A DNA stretch of 63,688 nt, counting the filler, from Collodictyon triciliatum (Eukaryota), in assembly GCA_043381765.1 (NCBI GenBank). It is 9 parts of 9 records of this genome, joined end to end, with 100 filler letters (N's around TTAATTAATTAA, not from the genome) between each part and the next. Parts side by side here need not be neighbours in the genome. Positions count along the whole stretch, not along the records: positions 35,467 to 42,449 come from JBHJMP010004129.1; positions 42,550 to 49,529 come from JBHJMP010004130.1; positions 49,630 to 56,607 come from JBHJMP010004131.1; positions 56,708 to 63,688 come from JBHJMP010004132.1; 5 more parts are not named here. The stretch is one strand, 5' to 3'. The notes below the pieces were generated by a model. That model was not told the origin of the DNA. It saw only the letters and a list, made by a program, of their open reading frames with translations, and made no database searches. Of the stretch, positions 37,953 to 56,889 are shown in pieces. A program made the translations under genes and the position numbers. Position 1 is the stretch's first letter, and each line of letters opens with the position of its first letter.

Positions 37953-39771
37953 ATGGCCTCGGAGCAGCAAAAGAACCCCGGAGAGTTGAGCGAGGTTCCC
38001 AGCCCGTTGCTCAAGCCAGACGAAAAGGAGGCTTTGTTTCTCAGCGAAAGCATGCGGCTCGACCCCACCCTAGTTATCCGCCTTCATGTGCTCCCTGGAA
38101 GCCGCCCAGTTGACGGGATGTATTACGGGACATGGTATAGCGCATCTAAGCAATCTATCTTCCGCTTGTCTCATCAGAGGCCGACGAACCCCTTCATCGC
38201 CGAGACACTCTATACTTAGCAGCGTTAATACCGCAGGAAGTACAACACAAAGCATGGGTGGGGAATCCAGGTCTGGGCCAGCGGCGTCTGCTATCGCGGG
38301 CAATGGCAAAACCATCTGCCCAATGGCTTTGGCGTCTGCCGGTGGCCTGTGGAACCAAACTCCAGGTTTTATCGGGTGTACAGCGGGTCCTGGTTGGACG
38401 GGAAGCGCGAAGGGATGGGCAAGCAGGAGTGGCTGATGTCCTTTGATCCGATGCTTCTCTCCCAGCGCAGCTCCACGGATGAGAGTGGCTCGAACCCGGA
38501 CGAGCGTGTGGCATATGAGGGCGAATGGATCAATGATATCCCCTCAGGCCGGGGAAAGCTGACCTACCCAGATGGCAGCACGCACATTGGAGAGTTTTAT
38601 GAGGGATATCCAGACGGGAATGGAGTTCGGTGAGCGAAAAAAGGAATCTCACAGCATCTCTCAGTCATTTTCTAAGCAAGCTATGAACAGGATATGGGCC
38701 AGGTCCGGGTCTAGATATGAGGGTGATTGGGTCAAAGGAGTTATGCATGGAGCCGGGGAGATGGTGTGGAATAATGGTAGAGCCCGCTATATTGGAGCTT
38801 GGAAGGTATATCTGTCTCTCGTAAAACTTTTATCCTTTGTTGTTTCTGTTTCCTGTTCTGTTCTTTTCTGTTCTGTTCTGTTCTGTTCTGTTCTGTTCTG
38901 TTCTGTTCTGTTCTGTTTTGTTTTGTTCTGTTCTGTTCTGTTCTGTTCTGTTTTGTTTTGTTTTGTTTTGTTTTGTTTTGTTTTGTTTTGTTTTGTTTTG
39001 TTTTGTTTCGTTTGGTCCGCACAGCCCGTTTTCGTTATTCCAGGCTCTCGATGAAAAAGCTCTGTGATTTTATGGAAAGTAGTCCTTTTGCACGCGTGGT
39101 CTTGAGTCAGCTCGATATATGCTTTTTTTTTGTCTCAGAAGAGTAATAATGATGTAAATTTTAAATCAAATATTAATATTTTGAAAAAATTGCTCTCTTT
39201 TTATTATTGCAGAACGGCAAGAAGGATGGCAGAGGGAAGATGGAATGGGTTGGGCACGAAAGCGGAGGAAAAGAATCCGTGACGGTGAGGTTTTATTTAC
39301 TCATTATAATTTTAATTGTTAAGAGTTTTATTTGTTTCATTTTTTAAACATTATATCCTAAACCAAAGTAATCATCATCTTATGTGCGCCAGAAGAATTT
39401 CTTATACGGTAATCTATCAATTTATTTAGGTATATGAAGGATATTTCTCAGATAACATGCGACATGGTGAAGGGTTAAGCATCTACCCTGATGGAACCGA
39501 GTTTCATGGGGTTTGTTTCCTCCTTTGATTTTATAAGACCATCCAGGAATAACGATTAATGCTATTGTCGCCGTTGTTTAAAAAAAATAGAAAAATACAA
39601 AGAACAGTTAGCATCCAGGCTATTTTTACATCCTATGCCCATCTTTTCCACGAAATAAATTTTTATGGAATCACGCAGGTCTGGGATGGAAATGTCCGCA
39701 TATCTGGTCACTTCAGAGCGCCGTCTGGCTTGTTTGTAGAGCAGATTGACCTGAAGTCCGAGTATTCTTAA
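37953..39771 (+). CDS. MORN-repeat protein, multi-exon
   Basis: Repeated YxGxW/F...GxG units: YYGTWKYNTKHGWG, YRGQWQNHLPNGFG, YSGSWLDGKREGMG, YEGEWINDIPSGRG, YEGDWVKGVMHGAG, YEGYFSDNMRHGEG. Divergent from TCTP across about 250 bp. Confidence 0.9.
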
Positions 39772-40124
39772 ATATAAACAATCGACCAATAATAACAAAA
39801 AAAATTGTGGAAAAAAAGAACTGCGAAAGCATCCCAAATCTAATTAAGTAAATGTGGAAAATATTATATTTTTATTATAAAACCAGCAGTTAGTCGAATT
39901 GTATCAACAAAATTATACATAAATGCAATTCGCATATAATATTTATCATTATCAATAAATCAGAACCTAATTCAAAATACGAAATTCAAACAGAACACAT
40001 TTTTGATTCGAATGTCATCATCTACACCACATTGTCCAACGGTCGTCTTTCGGCAAACCAAACCGATAATAGAACTCTTAAAGAAAACAAACCTGCTTAA
40101 GCATCAAATCCAACCCACCAGTCC

Positions 40125-41396
40125 ATGAGCTCGCCACCCTCAAAGATCCTGCGAATGACTACCGAACTCCTCAAAGTCAAGAAGCTCTCCGAACACGCCA
40201 CAATCCCCACACGCGGCTCTGCCAAGGCTGCCGGCTGGGATCTCTACAGGTTTCTTGCCCTTTCCTTCATCGAACCACACCCGCCCAACACGCACAGACA
40301 CCCGCCGCTCTGCTTTCACCCGAAGCCACCCACAGCCAGGAAAAGCAGAGTCAGCATCCTTGAAGCCGCGCAGTTCTCCGAACCTTTATCATGCTTGAGA
40401 CTTGCGTGACAATCAGTCTTCTCTCTTTCTCTTTGAACTCCCAACACAGCGCGTATGACTACGTCGTCCCTGCGCGAGGGAAGGAGCTTGTCAAGACAGA
40501 CATTGCCATTGCCGTCCCACCAAACACATATGGTCGCGTTGGTAAGCAGCCACTCTCTCTTTGTTTATCTCTCTCTCGCTCTGATCTGTTTCTTAGTCAA
40601 CCAACATACACACGGCCGGCTCCTCGCTTCTCCCCCACCTTGCACTCTTTGCCTTTATCTTGCACCCTGCGGACTCGATACCGAGACTTAGTGCCTGGGT
40701 CTTTTTACACCACAAGCACGAGATAACGCTGCCCTTTCGACTTATTCAGCACCTAGATCGGGCCTCGCGTGGAAAAACCACATCGACCTTGGAGCAGGCG
40801 TAGTCGACGAAGACTACCGCGGGAACGTCGGAGTTGTGATGTTCAACCATTCCGACCAGGACTTTCCAGGTGCCAGCGCTGACTCAGCGAGAACCCCATA
40901 CCATTTCGTTTCTTTTCTTTTCGTTTCTTTTCGTTTCTTTTCGTTTCTTCTCGTTTCTTTTCGTTTCTTTTCGTTTCTTTTCGTTTCGTTTCGTTTCGTT
41001 TCGTTTCGTTTCGTTTCGTTTCGTTTCTTTTCGTGTCCTCTCCTCTCTTTTCCTCTCCTATCCTCGCTTCTCGTTTTGCTGTCCAGCAGACAAAGTCTTG
41101 CCTTTTCCCCATCGAAGTTCGTCTCGTTACAGAGGCAAACAGGATGGAAAGAATCGTCAACCCAGCTTTTCAATTGGTACACTTTTGGAGCGAGGCTTCT
41201 GACTCTTTCCTTTCTCTTCTCCTGTTTGTCTTCCTTTCTCTTGTTTGCGCCAGTTAAAAAAGGGGACCGTGTCGCTCAGTTGATCCTGGAGAGGATTTCC
41301 CTGGCTGACTTGCAGGAGGTCGACGACTTGGACGAGACAGACCGAGGCGCTGGCGGCTTCGGCTCCACTGGAGTGTCCTCTGCAAAGAGCTCCTAG
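40125..41396 (+). CDS. DUT: Trimeric dUTPase, 4 exons
   Basis: All five motifs present: [50 protein letters not shown] introns. Confidence 0.97.
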
Positions 41397-42149
41397 CCCC
41401 CTCATTATATCTCTATCGAAGATTGGGGCAACTTGCTACAGTTCAACTGGCTGTCTCATTTTATCCAGGATGGCATCGCCTTTATCTGCTTGATTACGAT
41501 CTTTCTAAGGCCTCCGCTCTTTCTCTTTCGAAGCCCTATTTTCCCTTCAATTTACACGCGCCACTGTATAAAGTGCTACTAAAACAGCGTCAAGTCTGTG
41601 CCTACATCTGTTAAAGAGACAAGGAGTTTTCGCGAATTAGCCCGAGGCTGAGACTATGAACGATGCTTTCTTCATTCCCTTACATGCTGAGAGAGTGGCG
41701 ACATGAATAACTATATGAAGTGAGCTTCATGACCGCATCACCCTTCGACAAATTGAATCTCTGGTCTTCAATAGATTTTTCTTCAAACTTTATTCTCCTT
41801 GTCATTTCGTCCTTTATTTTATCATTCGCTACGCTTGCTTTTTCTCCGCGGTTGGTTCTGCCACGGACAGTTTTTCCTTAGCCTTGTTGATTTGTTCTAG
41901 CATTTGAGACGCATCCAAGGGTGCTTGAAACTATATAAGAACCAACGCATTAGCGCACTATTCAGCCCTAAGAGTTTCGGCTTGTGGGAATGAGAGACGA
42001 AAAGAATCAGATTGTTGTAAGTAATAGTAAGGCAGCACGTCTAGTCATATCATAAGCCAAGCACAGAAGTTGGTCGAATTGTGCTTGTAACATTAAAAAA
42101 ATAATATATGAATAATAAGAAAAGAAAAAGAAAAAACAGGCGATATCGC

Positions 42150-42449
42150 GTCATTTGGGCTGCTGGAAACCATACACGGATGGCAAAGGCAGTCACGCCC
42201 TCTTTGGCATTAGAGACAGTGTCGGTCAGTGTGATGCGGATGCATTTTGTATTGTCTTGATTTTAACGAATGGTTACTAGTTGATTTAGCAGTACAAGAC
42301 AACAAAGAGACACAAGTTCGATTACCATTCAAATAATATGGCACGTTCATTTTATGTGACTGAGCATGCACCAACCTTTGTCCAAAGCGCATAATGTTTT
42401 GGATACAACGACAGAATTTAGTATCAAGCGAAGTGTTCCCAGAGTTCTC
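42150..42449 (-). mobile_element. Highly decayed LINE C-terminal (zf-RVT-like) remnant
   Basis: LWTKVGACSVT*NERAILFEW and HCL*CQRGRDCLCHPC loosely fit the W..IW...R..LW and CxxC...H..C pattern; many stops. Confidence 0.3.
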
Positions 42450-42549
42450 NNNNNNNNNNNNNNNNNNNNNNNNNNNNNNNNNNNNNNNNNNNNTTAATTA
42501 ATTAANNNNNNNNNNNNNNNNNNNNNNNNNNNNNNNNNNNNNNNNNNNN

Positions 42550-43050
42550 ATCCGCGTGGGTGAAAAGAGCTGTCTTGTAAACCTCTTTCCGCCTGTGGGG
42601 GTCGTTAATCCCCCTAGCGTTCCATGACAGAACGCCGAAACGCATGGTCTGTTATTAATGGGTGGAGGGAAGACCCTCCGTGAGAGCAGCAGCGCTCTCG
42701 TTGTGTTCAGTTGTGTTTGCGGATATCTGTGTTGACTCGGTCGTGGTAGTTGTGGGTGTTTCTGTGGCTATGGTTGTTGTATTTGTTTCGGAAGTTATTA
42801 TTGGTGTCTCAGCATGCGTCCTTCGCAATTTTGGCGTTGATAGTTTCCTTCTGTGTTGTGCGGGTGACGCTACGGCCTCTGCGGTGGGAAGTTGTGTGTT
42901 TTCCGGCGAGGCTGTCAGCTCTGTGCTCGCTCTTTTTGGGCTAGGGCTTGCGCGAGCAATACGCATGGGAGTTGCAGGATTCTGGTTGTTTGTTTTGTTA
43001 GGGGCGCCCTCGAATGTTGGGAATTGCGGTGTGAATCTACGGGAAATATC
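42550..43050 (-). mobile_element. L1/Tx1-like LINE: ORF1 C-terminus plus start of ORF2 (APE endonuclease), cut by scaffold end
   Basis: P/T-rich ORF ends TAA TAA, then ORF2 from 42645 reads MRFGVLSWNARGINDPHRRKEVYKTALFTHAD, the L1-type endonuclease start SWNVRG.N...KR. Confidence 0.9.
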
Positions 43051-43577
43051 ATAGAATGTCAAAGGTCACTATCAGAACCAAATGATTTATAAATGGTCAT
43101 ATTGCATGGTATTTCATCTCGTATCATTATATTGATGTAGAGAACCACCTGAATCCCTAAGTCAAGTATGATTTCTTCAGCCATCCAAACATTATCAGTA
43201 CTTTTATTTTATCTAATATTATAATACTGTATTCATAGGAGTATCTATTGAGAAAAAAGTGCAAAACCCTTAATTAGAAGGTAAGAAACTCACTTGTATG
43301 CTCCATTATCTTCACATTCGCAGTCCCAGCAAGTTGTTACGCAACACCTCTACTTGAGAAAGCTAGCAAAAAAAAAAAATCACTATTTTTTTATTTTTCA
43401 TTCAGTGTTTTATTATACTCTCCAAAAGACGAATTATTCAGATACATAACTAATCCACTCGGTACAATATCATCCAGTAAAACAACAAGAGTGTGAATAA
43501 AGTCGCCAAAAAATAGAACCTTTATCTTCTAATTATGACCAATTCCGTCTGACTGTAAAAGAAATTATAACCTAAAA

Positions 43578-43613
43578 ACCCATCCTTGCCTTGAATCGAA
43601 TAAAGGAAAAAAA
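43578..43613 (+). mobile_element. Micro-insertion, family B
   Basis: acccatccttgccttgaatcgaataaaggaaaaaaa shares ccttgaatcgaataaaggaaaaaaa with 61790-61827; TSD unclear. Confidence 0.6.
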
Positions 43614-46064
43614 CTTCCAATTAGGACACCGTTTTCTCCTCTGTTCTTAATAGTTATTGCTGACTTCTTCAATGACCTTTCTGTAAGATGTGGTACATTC
43701 ATCCCATGTGATAATCTTGCGTACTTGGAGCAAATGCCCTTCATCGGGATTCTATTCCTTGCACTTTTGGTTGAAAAATACGGCAGAATCTTAATTACAG
43801 AGTCAGCTTTCTACCGCTATGTAGGACATTCATAGCTATACTTGATGATACCACTAGAATGACAGTTTGCTCATCTGCTCTAACTCTTGTAGTTATTAAA
43901 TTCATAAGGAAATCTTTTCAGGGCCACGAGATGCACCCATAAGACAAAAAATTGATTTAACTCTTCGTTTACGATACAATTCAAAATTTGCTATATGTGC
44001 GACTTAATCCTTCATTGGAAAGGGGTTCATACTCTTCAACGTAGTCCGACATTTTTTTTGTTAGTTGTAGCAATATATCCACTCTTTGATTTTTCTTTTC
44101 AGTCTGTGGATGATATGTGGTTTTGATCTCGGTTCGCTGTACTTTTTCACATGGAGGCTTCTTGAATCTCGGTGTACGAGTAGCTGGCGGTAATCAGGAA
44201 ATGCATGATGTGGTTTATCCTGTAGCCTGAGTCTCGTGGTTGCGCGATTTGCAAGGCAGGATTTAATATTCCCCTCAGCCTCTATCCATAAGTCTCTCGA
44301 TTTGTACTAATTTACACGATTCAGTGAACACGAACCAGAAAGCATGAAAGAAAATCCCGTTTATCCGTGGTGGATTGTACATATTTAGTCGCATACCTTC
44401 CTCATAATACTCGAGATTGAATTACAAATAGGATGAAGAATGTCCAAAAATTTCGATGGGGCAGAGCGACTATATCGAAATATTATTCATGAAAGGTAGG
44501 AGACTGGAAGGTGGATGCGCATATTCTATTGAATTCGATGCCTTCACTCTGAATGGAATAAAGCAAAAAAAAAAAAAGATTCAAGGTCTTCAACCAATTC
44601 TATTTCAAGAGAACGAATATGTAATAGGAGATTATCTGAGAGAAAATTGAAGGATTTTACATGATAAAAAATGCCCGATGGAAGAGCGCTAAACTACAAT
44701 TAATTTGTGAGGCGTATCAAAATTAGAACCACATATTTTGTCACAGAGATGAGCCACTCATTAATCACACCCAATGGATATGGTGTCGTTTTCGTTGTTT
44801 CTTATTTAGAGGTCAGCTCGTAAATAAGCTTAAAAAACCTTGTCTATATCAATGGAGAACACCGAAAAGAATAAGATAAAGAAAAAAAGAGGAAAATACT
44901 GGCATATAGAAATAAACGACATTATCTAATAAAAACATCAATCGTTCGTTAAAAATATGAAATCTTAAGAAGACTAGGATATATTCATACACCTTAACCC
45001 AATTCACGCACTTCCACAACATAAGAGACCTCAAGACTCGAGAAAATTCAAAAAACAAGACCGCGGGGGTGCCAGAGGAAATAAAAAAGAGCAGATAGAG
45101 AACGTCCGTATGTACTTTCTCAGCGCAGACCATTGTGTGTTAAACAACTGGGCGAGGATATATCAAAACTTGACTTCTGATACAAAAGGACAACACACAA
45201 TCCAGCCAGTATGAATGCCTGCAAAACCTACAATAATCGAATGATATTGAAAGAATAAGAGAAGAATTTGGAAAGGCTTGGGCGATGAAAAAGCCTTTCG
45301 AGGAAACACAAGTTCATAAGCGGTATCAAAAGGAGAGGCATCACTGCAGGTACCTTCACTGGCAAAATTCCTAAAGCACAATACCAAGAGACTATGATAA
45401 GAACCTTCGCTTTGAGGATATTTGGGTATCATTCAGAAAAAAAGACCATTCCAGGAGAGAAAATAAAATAAAGAGGATTCTTTCTCAGAAATGAACAGAT
45501 TTATATGACCTATAATGAGAGATTTTGGATTCAAAGACGAATAAGATGAGTACCGTTACAATATATGACAACCATGACACCTACGATAATAAAAACCCTG
45601 GACTAACCAAACATATGAGATGTTAAACTAAAAACATTTTTTGAACAAGCGCGAAAGATACATAAATAAAATACAGTTAATTGTTAATTCTGCAAAAAGA
45701 AAAGGATATAATATCACAAACCACGCGAAGCAGAGTAACTAACAAAAGATTCAGAGTTACTGTGGAACGATATTGAGATTCATTTCACTACCCATATACC
45801 GAAATCGATGTAAGTTAATGAATGTGCAGTGTTATTTTAAGAGCATTTGACGAAGGCGCATAGTCCAGAGCATACAAACCAACAACAACAGTCGTGGATA
45901 TTCCAGATTTTTCATTGAGAGGTAGTCAACTTCCACAAACTACTGAAACAGATTACGTCCAACAGAGACAGCCGAGTCGCTAGTAGATTTTGGACATTGA
46001 AAATGGAATTCATGAAGAGGAATGCGGATGCCTATCATAAAACACCAAGAAACCAAGGAATTTA

Positions 46065-46160
46065 GCGAACCAAAGCCAACATCTCCACCATCCTGCACAA
46101 AATTGAAAGGAAGAATAAAAAAAGAAACCAGGGAATTGCACAAAATTGAAAGGAAAAAAA
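46065..46160 (+). mobile_element. Two tandem micro-insertions of the family A LINE 3' end
   Basis: 57-nt copy between aagaaaccaaggaatt (46047-46062) and aagaaaccagggaatt (46122-46137), followed by a ~23-nt copy gcacaaaattgaaagg plus A7. Confidence 0.85.
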
Positions 46161-49100
46161 ACCTAGGAAACCAGCGAATAGCCACAACGAATAATCGAGA
46201 CGATACAAGATTAAATGAGAGCGTAGGAACAAATGTCAGGGCAACAGGGATAACATACTTAAATTTATATAGTTTGCCTTTAATAATTCAACAAACCCAG
46301 ACGAGGAAAATGACTTTTTTTTTATAACCGGCCGGGACTCAATACTTTCCTAAAATCTGATTCAAGGAACGGTCGACGCCGATAACCTGACATCAGGGAT
46401 ACTTGGGAGGATATAGACAAATTTGCATGTGGCTCAGAAATGTATTACCGACGAAAGAGTGTCGGAAAATTTATTCTGATTAGAAAAGAAAACACAAAAG
46501 GTTAAAGGGTAGGGGGCATGGTGCTCCTATTTGCTGGAAACTCAAGAATGGAATCGGAAGCTAACCCCAAATTACTTATAACTCATTTCGTAGAACCGCC
46601 TAGAGGGTAATAAGTAATATCTCAAGTATCATGCACGCAAAGTTTATCACCTAAAGTAAAAATCCATCTAGCTTTGGTTATTAATCAATTAAAAATACTA
46701 CTAGTAGAACTGTAAATGAATAAGTAAATGGATATGAATGAGTTTGAGGAAACATCTGAGTTCGAAGTTGAATATATAAGGTAAGAGAATAGTCGAAGAA
46801 AGACTCGAGTGCCAACTGAGACACGCATGGGAAATATATGAGAAGATGAGACGTTGTAATAATTATCTAACCAGGGGAACTGCATTAATAGGATGAAGCA
46901 ATTCAAAGAAGCGTGAAGGTCGCTGTTCGGAGGGAAGGGAATAGCTGTGACAAACACATTAGCATAATAGCTCCACAAACAGGTCGTCCATCTCTGGATG
47001 TACCGGACAGATACAATACCAAATAGAACCTCGAGAGACCCTCAAGACAACATGTACCAAAGAATAATGCCTCATCCACTGCAAAAGAGACGAGTATAGA
47101 TTCGCCCCAGTACTTCAAAGGACTCATCCATACCTACATATTACTGCCTTTTACCCTCTCTTCAAGAGAGAATATTGAAGCACCCTATTATTTTGTAATA
47201 CAGATAACCTCTTCTTACAATATTCGTAAGCGTAGTGGTTGAAGTGGCATAATTTCCTCTTTTAAATATCAAAACGAAATTAAGCTACAAATATATACAA
47301 AAAGAATAGCAAAAAGCAACAAAAACAAACTGTTCTTTGTTTTGCCCGGATGCTTCTCAATTTTATGGGTACATCACTAAGAAAGAGCTATGGTCTTCAG
47401 TGAGTCGAATGTTAGATTACGACCGAATGGCTATTGTATAAACAAAGTTTGTTCATCAGGGGCATACGATCCAACACAAACATATGGATGAAAAATATTT
47501 AATTTTACAACATAACCATGTTCATCTAAATTTGAAATCCATCTACAACGTATTGAATGAAAGAAACGCGATATCTTTACAAGCTAATCTAGAAAAATAA
47601 TGAATAATTCTTGCGTGAGGGATGGAAGATGCTGATTGAAACGGAGGGGTCTAATATGACTATATGTAATTAAAAGAAAATTGCCCAAACGTAAGAAGTT
47701 TCGACCATAGGCAAATTTCATTAGAATCAGAAAACAAAACAAAAACAGGATTTGATAATAATGCATATCCGCGAAGTAAAAGAACTAGCTGAAATCGTAG
47801 AACCAGGTTTAGAATTTGTATTCCAGTGGACATATAGAAATTTGTAAAAGGAAAGCATACTCATATCTATAAGCAAAATTCTTGTGGCGCATACAGATGT
47901 ATAAAATGATAAACCGATTGGCTAGTAATAAAAAAAGTTGAATATAAAAGAAATCAGAACACAAAACTGTATAGTATTAGGGGTACACTATTATCGAAAT
48001 AACATTAGTTGATACGTATTATAAGTCAGGTGAATGGTATAATGCTTGAATCTTTAGCAAAAAAAAGGGTAAAATATTATTAGTCGAAAAAATAATTCCA
48101 TTGGAATAAGACAGGAAGACTATGCAGCGTATACTAGTACTTCGAAATACGAATCTATCGAAAAGGATGTAACGAAATGACACAGGCACTTCAATCCGCA
48201 AGCTCTAATCAAGTGACTTAGCGACAGATGACTTCGAAAAAATGTCACGCGTGCTTACAGACTTGGTTGGATAATTCAATATTGCATGGGAATACTATAT
48301 TCCTGTAATTCTAACAAAAATTCTAATTATATGTGTAATATACACTACATTTTCATTTGTGTGAGCTATTTGACTGAAAGCAAACCCACGAAGACATGAA
48401 TACTCATTTATTTTTTTTATTAAGACCTTCCCATCTTCCTGTCTTTTGAAAATTCACTTCCATTATATTTCATAAGCATTCGATTTTCTTTTCATCTTTT
48501 AAATTTGAATAGTTCGACCAGGATAGCTGATAACCCACACGGCCTCGCCCAAATGCCAGTTTTTGTCGTTGAGTCCAGCTTCCCTGTGAACTATTCTCCA
48601 CAAAGGTTCTTACAGCAAATTGAAGATATTTGGGAATTTCTTTGCATAGTTTGGATTTGTAATTTGCTCGTATCATCCTGGTTTACTCATAGAACTGTTG
48701 TAATTGAGCCGCATTTCTTCCTCCACAAACTCTCTGGGATGCCGCTTGCTTTCGATGCTTTGTCTCTTCAGCCCAGTTGATTCGTCCGATAAAACCCAAT
48801 CGCAAATCATTCATAATGCAAAATTCCAGTAATGTAATTATTCAGTTAAATCTAAAAAATAAATAATTCTGGGAAATTATATTTCTCACTATTTTCGATT
48901 GCTTTTGGTGATTTATCTATCTAAACTGTTAGCTCAATGTGGATACGCATTTATGACGCCAGTATTGTTTTTAACGCATGTTGTGATTTGTGGCAAGATA
49001 CATTCCATCAGTCGGACGCAATGAGGTGGAAGGATTTCTAGTTCTTACCTTTTGCAACAAGACTCAAGTAGATATCACTGCATCAATCCACAATTCCATT

Positions 49101-49629
49101 ACATTATTACTCTGGCACAGAAGTAGATGCAGAGCTTTTTTTTTTAATTTTGTTATTTTCTACAATAAATGGCAGCAGCGACGACCACATTAGCGTGATT
49201 TTTTTTGAACAAGAATAAGTTCAGAAGGCGATGAAAATGAGCTTTCTGACGCCAACTACCTATTCCAACGCGACAGAATGATTTGCACTGTTGCACGGAA
49301 AAATTTACAGTATCCAATCACACGATGACTGCTCCAAAAAAGAGAAGAAAAATATCAAAAAGGACAAAAGGCTTATTCACATACACGACCGTGGTGAAGC
49401 TTCTTTGTCACAAGAACCAGCTCCCTGCAAAGTTTACGGTCATGGGCAAAAAGTGTCCAAAGCGCATCCTCAAAGAGCGTCCGCCAGCCGCGAACAACGA
49501 ACGAAAAGTAAAAGCCCCGCAAAAGATTANNNNNNNNNNNNNNNNNNNNNNNNNNNNNNNNNNNNNNNNNNNNTTAATTAATTAANNNNNNNNNNNNNNN
49601 NNNNNNNNNNNNNNNNNNNNNNNNNNNNN

Positions 49630-49870
49630 TCTCCGTGGCGCACTCGCGGGTGCGGTGGACTTCGCACAGCTGCTCCAACAAGCGCAGGCGTGTGGCGTGC
49701 GTCAGTGTCTCAGTGTACTCGCCCACAAGGCACACCACACAGCCGGCTGGGTAGAGTCCCTTCTGCTGCAGTCCCGCTGCTCGCTCCACTGGTCGCGTCC
49801 GGTAATGCTCATAGACTACATTCTTGTTGTCAAGTTGAGGCTTGGTTGCCATCCGTGTGGTTTTTGTGCA
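49630..49870 (-). mobile_element. GC-rich fragment, probably the zinc-finger region of another LINE family
   Basis: GLYPAGCVVCLVGEYTETLTHA resembles zf-RVT CxxC...ET..H; sharp GC step; at scaffold end. Confidence 0.45.
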
Positions 49871-50163
49871 AAACCAAAGGGGATATCTGTAAGATACTTA
49901 TGATATGATAACATCGCCATATATAAGCTATTCATGCTAAGTTGGTCAGGCGAGCGACAAAACATGGAAATTACATATCAAACTTTTTCTTTGGGGGGGG
50001 TTTTTTTTTGTGAGAGAAGGATGAGGATTTTGGAAATACAGGATTTTCTTTTTACCATTTTTTTTTACATTCCTTTTAATTTTTGTAATATCAAGGTTTT
50101 CGAATTTGGGGGTTTTACGTCTTATGGGCGTTATTTGAATTTATTTATTTCCTGGTAAAGAGT

Positions 50164-56346
<6,183 letters not shown>

Positions 56347-56460
56347 TTTAACGACTTCTTTTCAAAAATATAAAAACAAACCTAACCACTCGACTAGTTG
56401 ATAACAAGCTAACACTTGGAGACAAAGAAAAAGACCTAGACGGATATCCCGATCGAGGCA

Positions 56461-56607
56461 GAGACTGAGACTGAGACTGAGATTGAGACTGGGACTGGGA
56501 CTGGGACTGAGACTGAGACTGAGACTGAGACTGAGACTGAGACTGAGACTGAGACTGAGACTGAGACTGGGATTGCGATTGCGATTGAGATTGAGACTGG
56601 GATTGGG
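56461..56607. repeat. Hexamer repeat (GAGACT/GGGACT/GAGATT)n
   Basis: Read directly; terminates the scaffold. Confidence 0.9.
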
Positions 56608-56889
56608 NNNNNNNNNNNNNNNNNNNNNNNNNNNNNNNNNNNNNNNNNNNNTTAATTAATTAANNNNNNNNNNNNNNNNNNNNNNNNNNNNNNNNNNNNN
56701 NNNNNNNAAACAAAAAAACGACGAAAAAAAACAAAAAAACAAAAAAACAAAAAAACAAAAAAACAAAAAAACAAAAAAACAAAAAAACAAAAAAACAAAA
56801 AAACAAAAAAATGAAAAAAAAATGAAAAACAAAAAACAAAACAAAAACAAAAAGCAAAAAACATAGAGTAATCATAACCAAACCCCCAG

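Larger units (their letters stand above)
43400..48300 (+). mobile_element. Ancient, heavily decayed LINE remnants
   Basis: About 5 kb of A-rich, stop-riddled sequence with no spliced gene. Residual motifs LPIRTPFSPLFLIVIAD (43614), NQEMH and YVIGDY (44190-44640, APE-like), AFD...GIHEEECGCLS (45843-46037, RT-like). Confidence 0.45.

Noticed and set aside
38572-39146. Hydrophobic or basic ORFs (VLFCS, KERK, KQTN, poly-Y/I) here and at other SSRs
   Set aside because: Translations of intronic microsatellites or N runs.
40125-43050. dUTPase carried by a retroelement or virus
   Set aside because: The gene has three spliceosomal introns and is separated from the intact LINE piece by an artificial linker.
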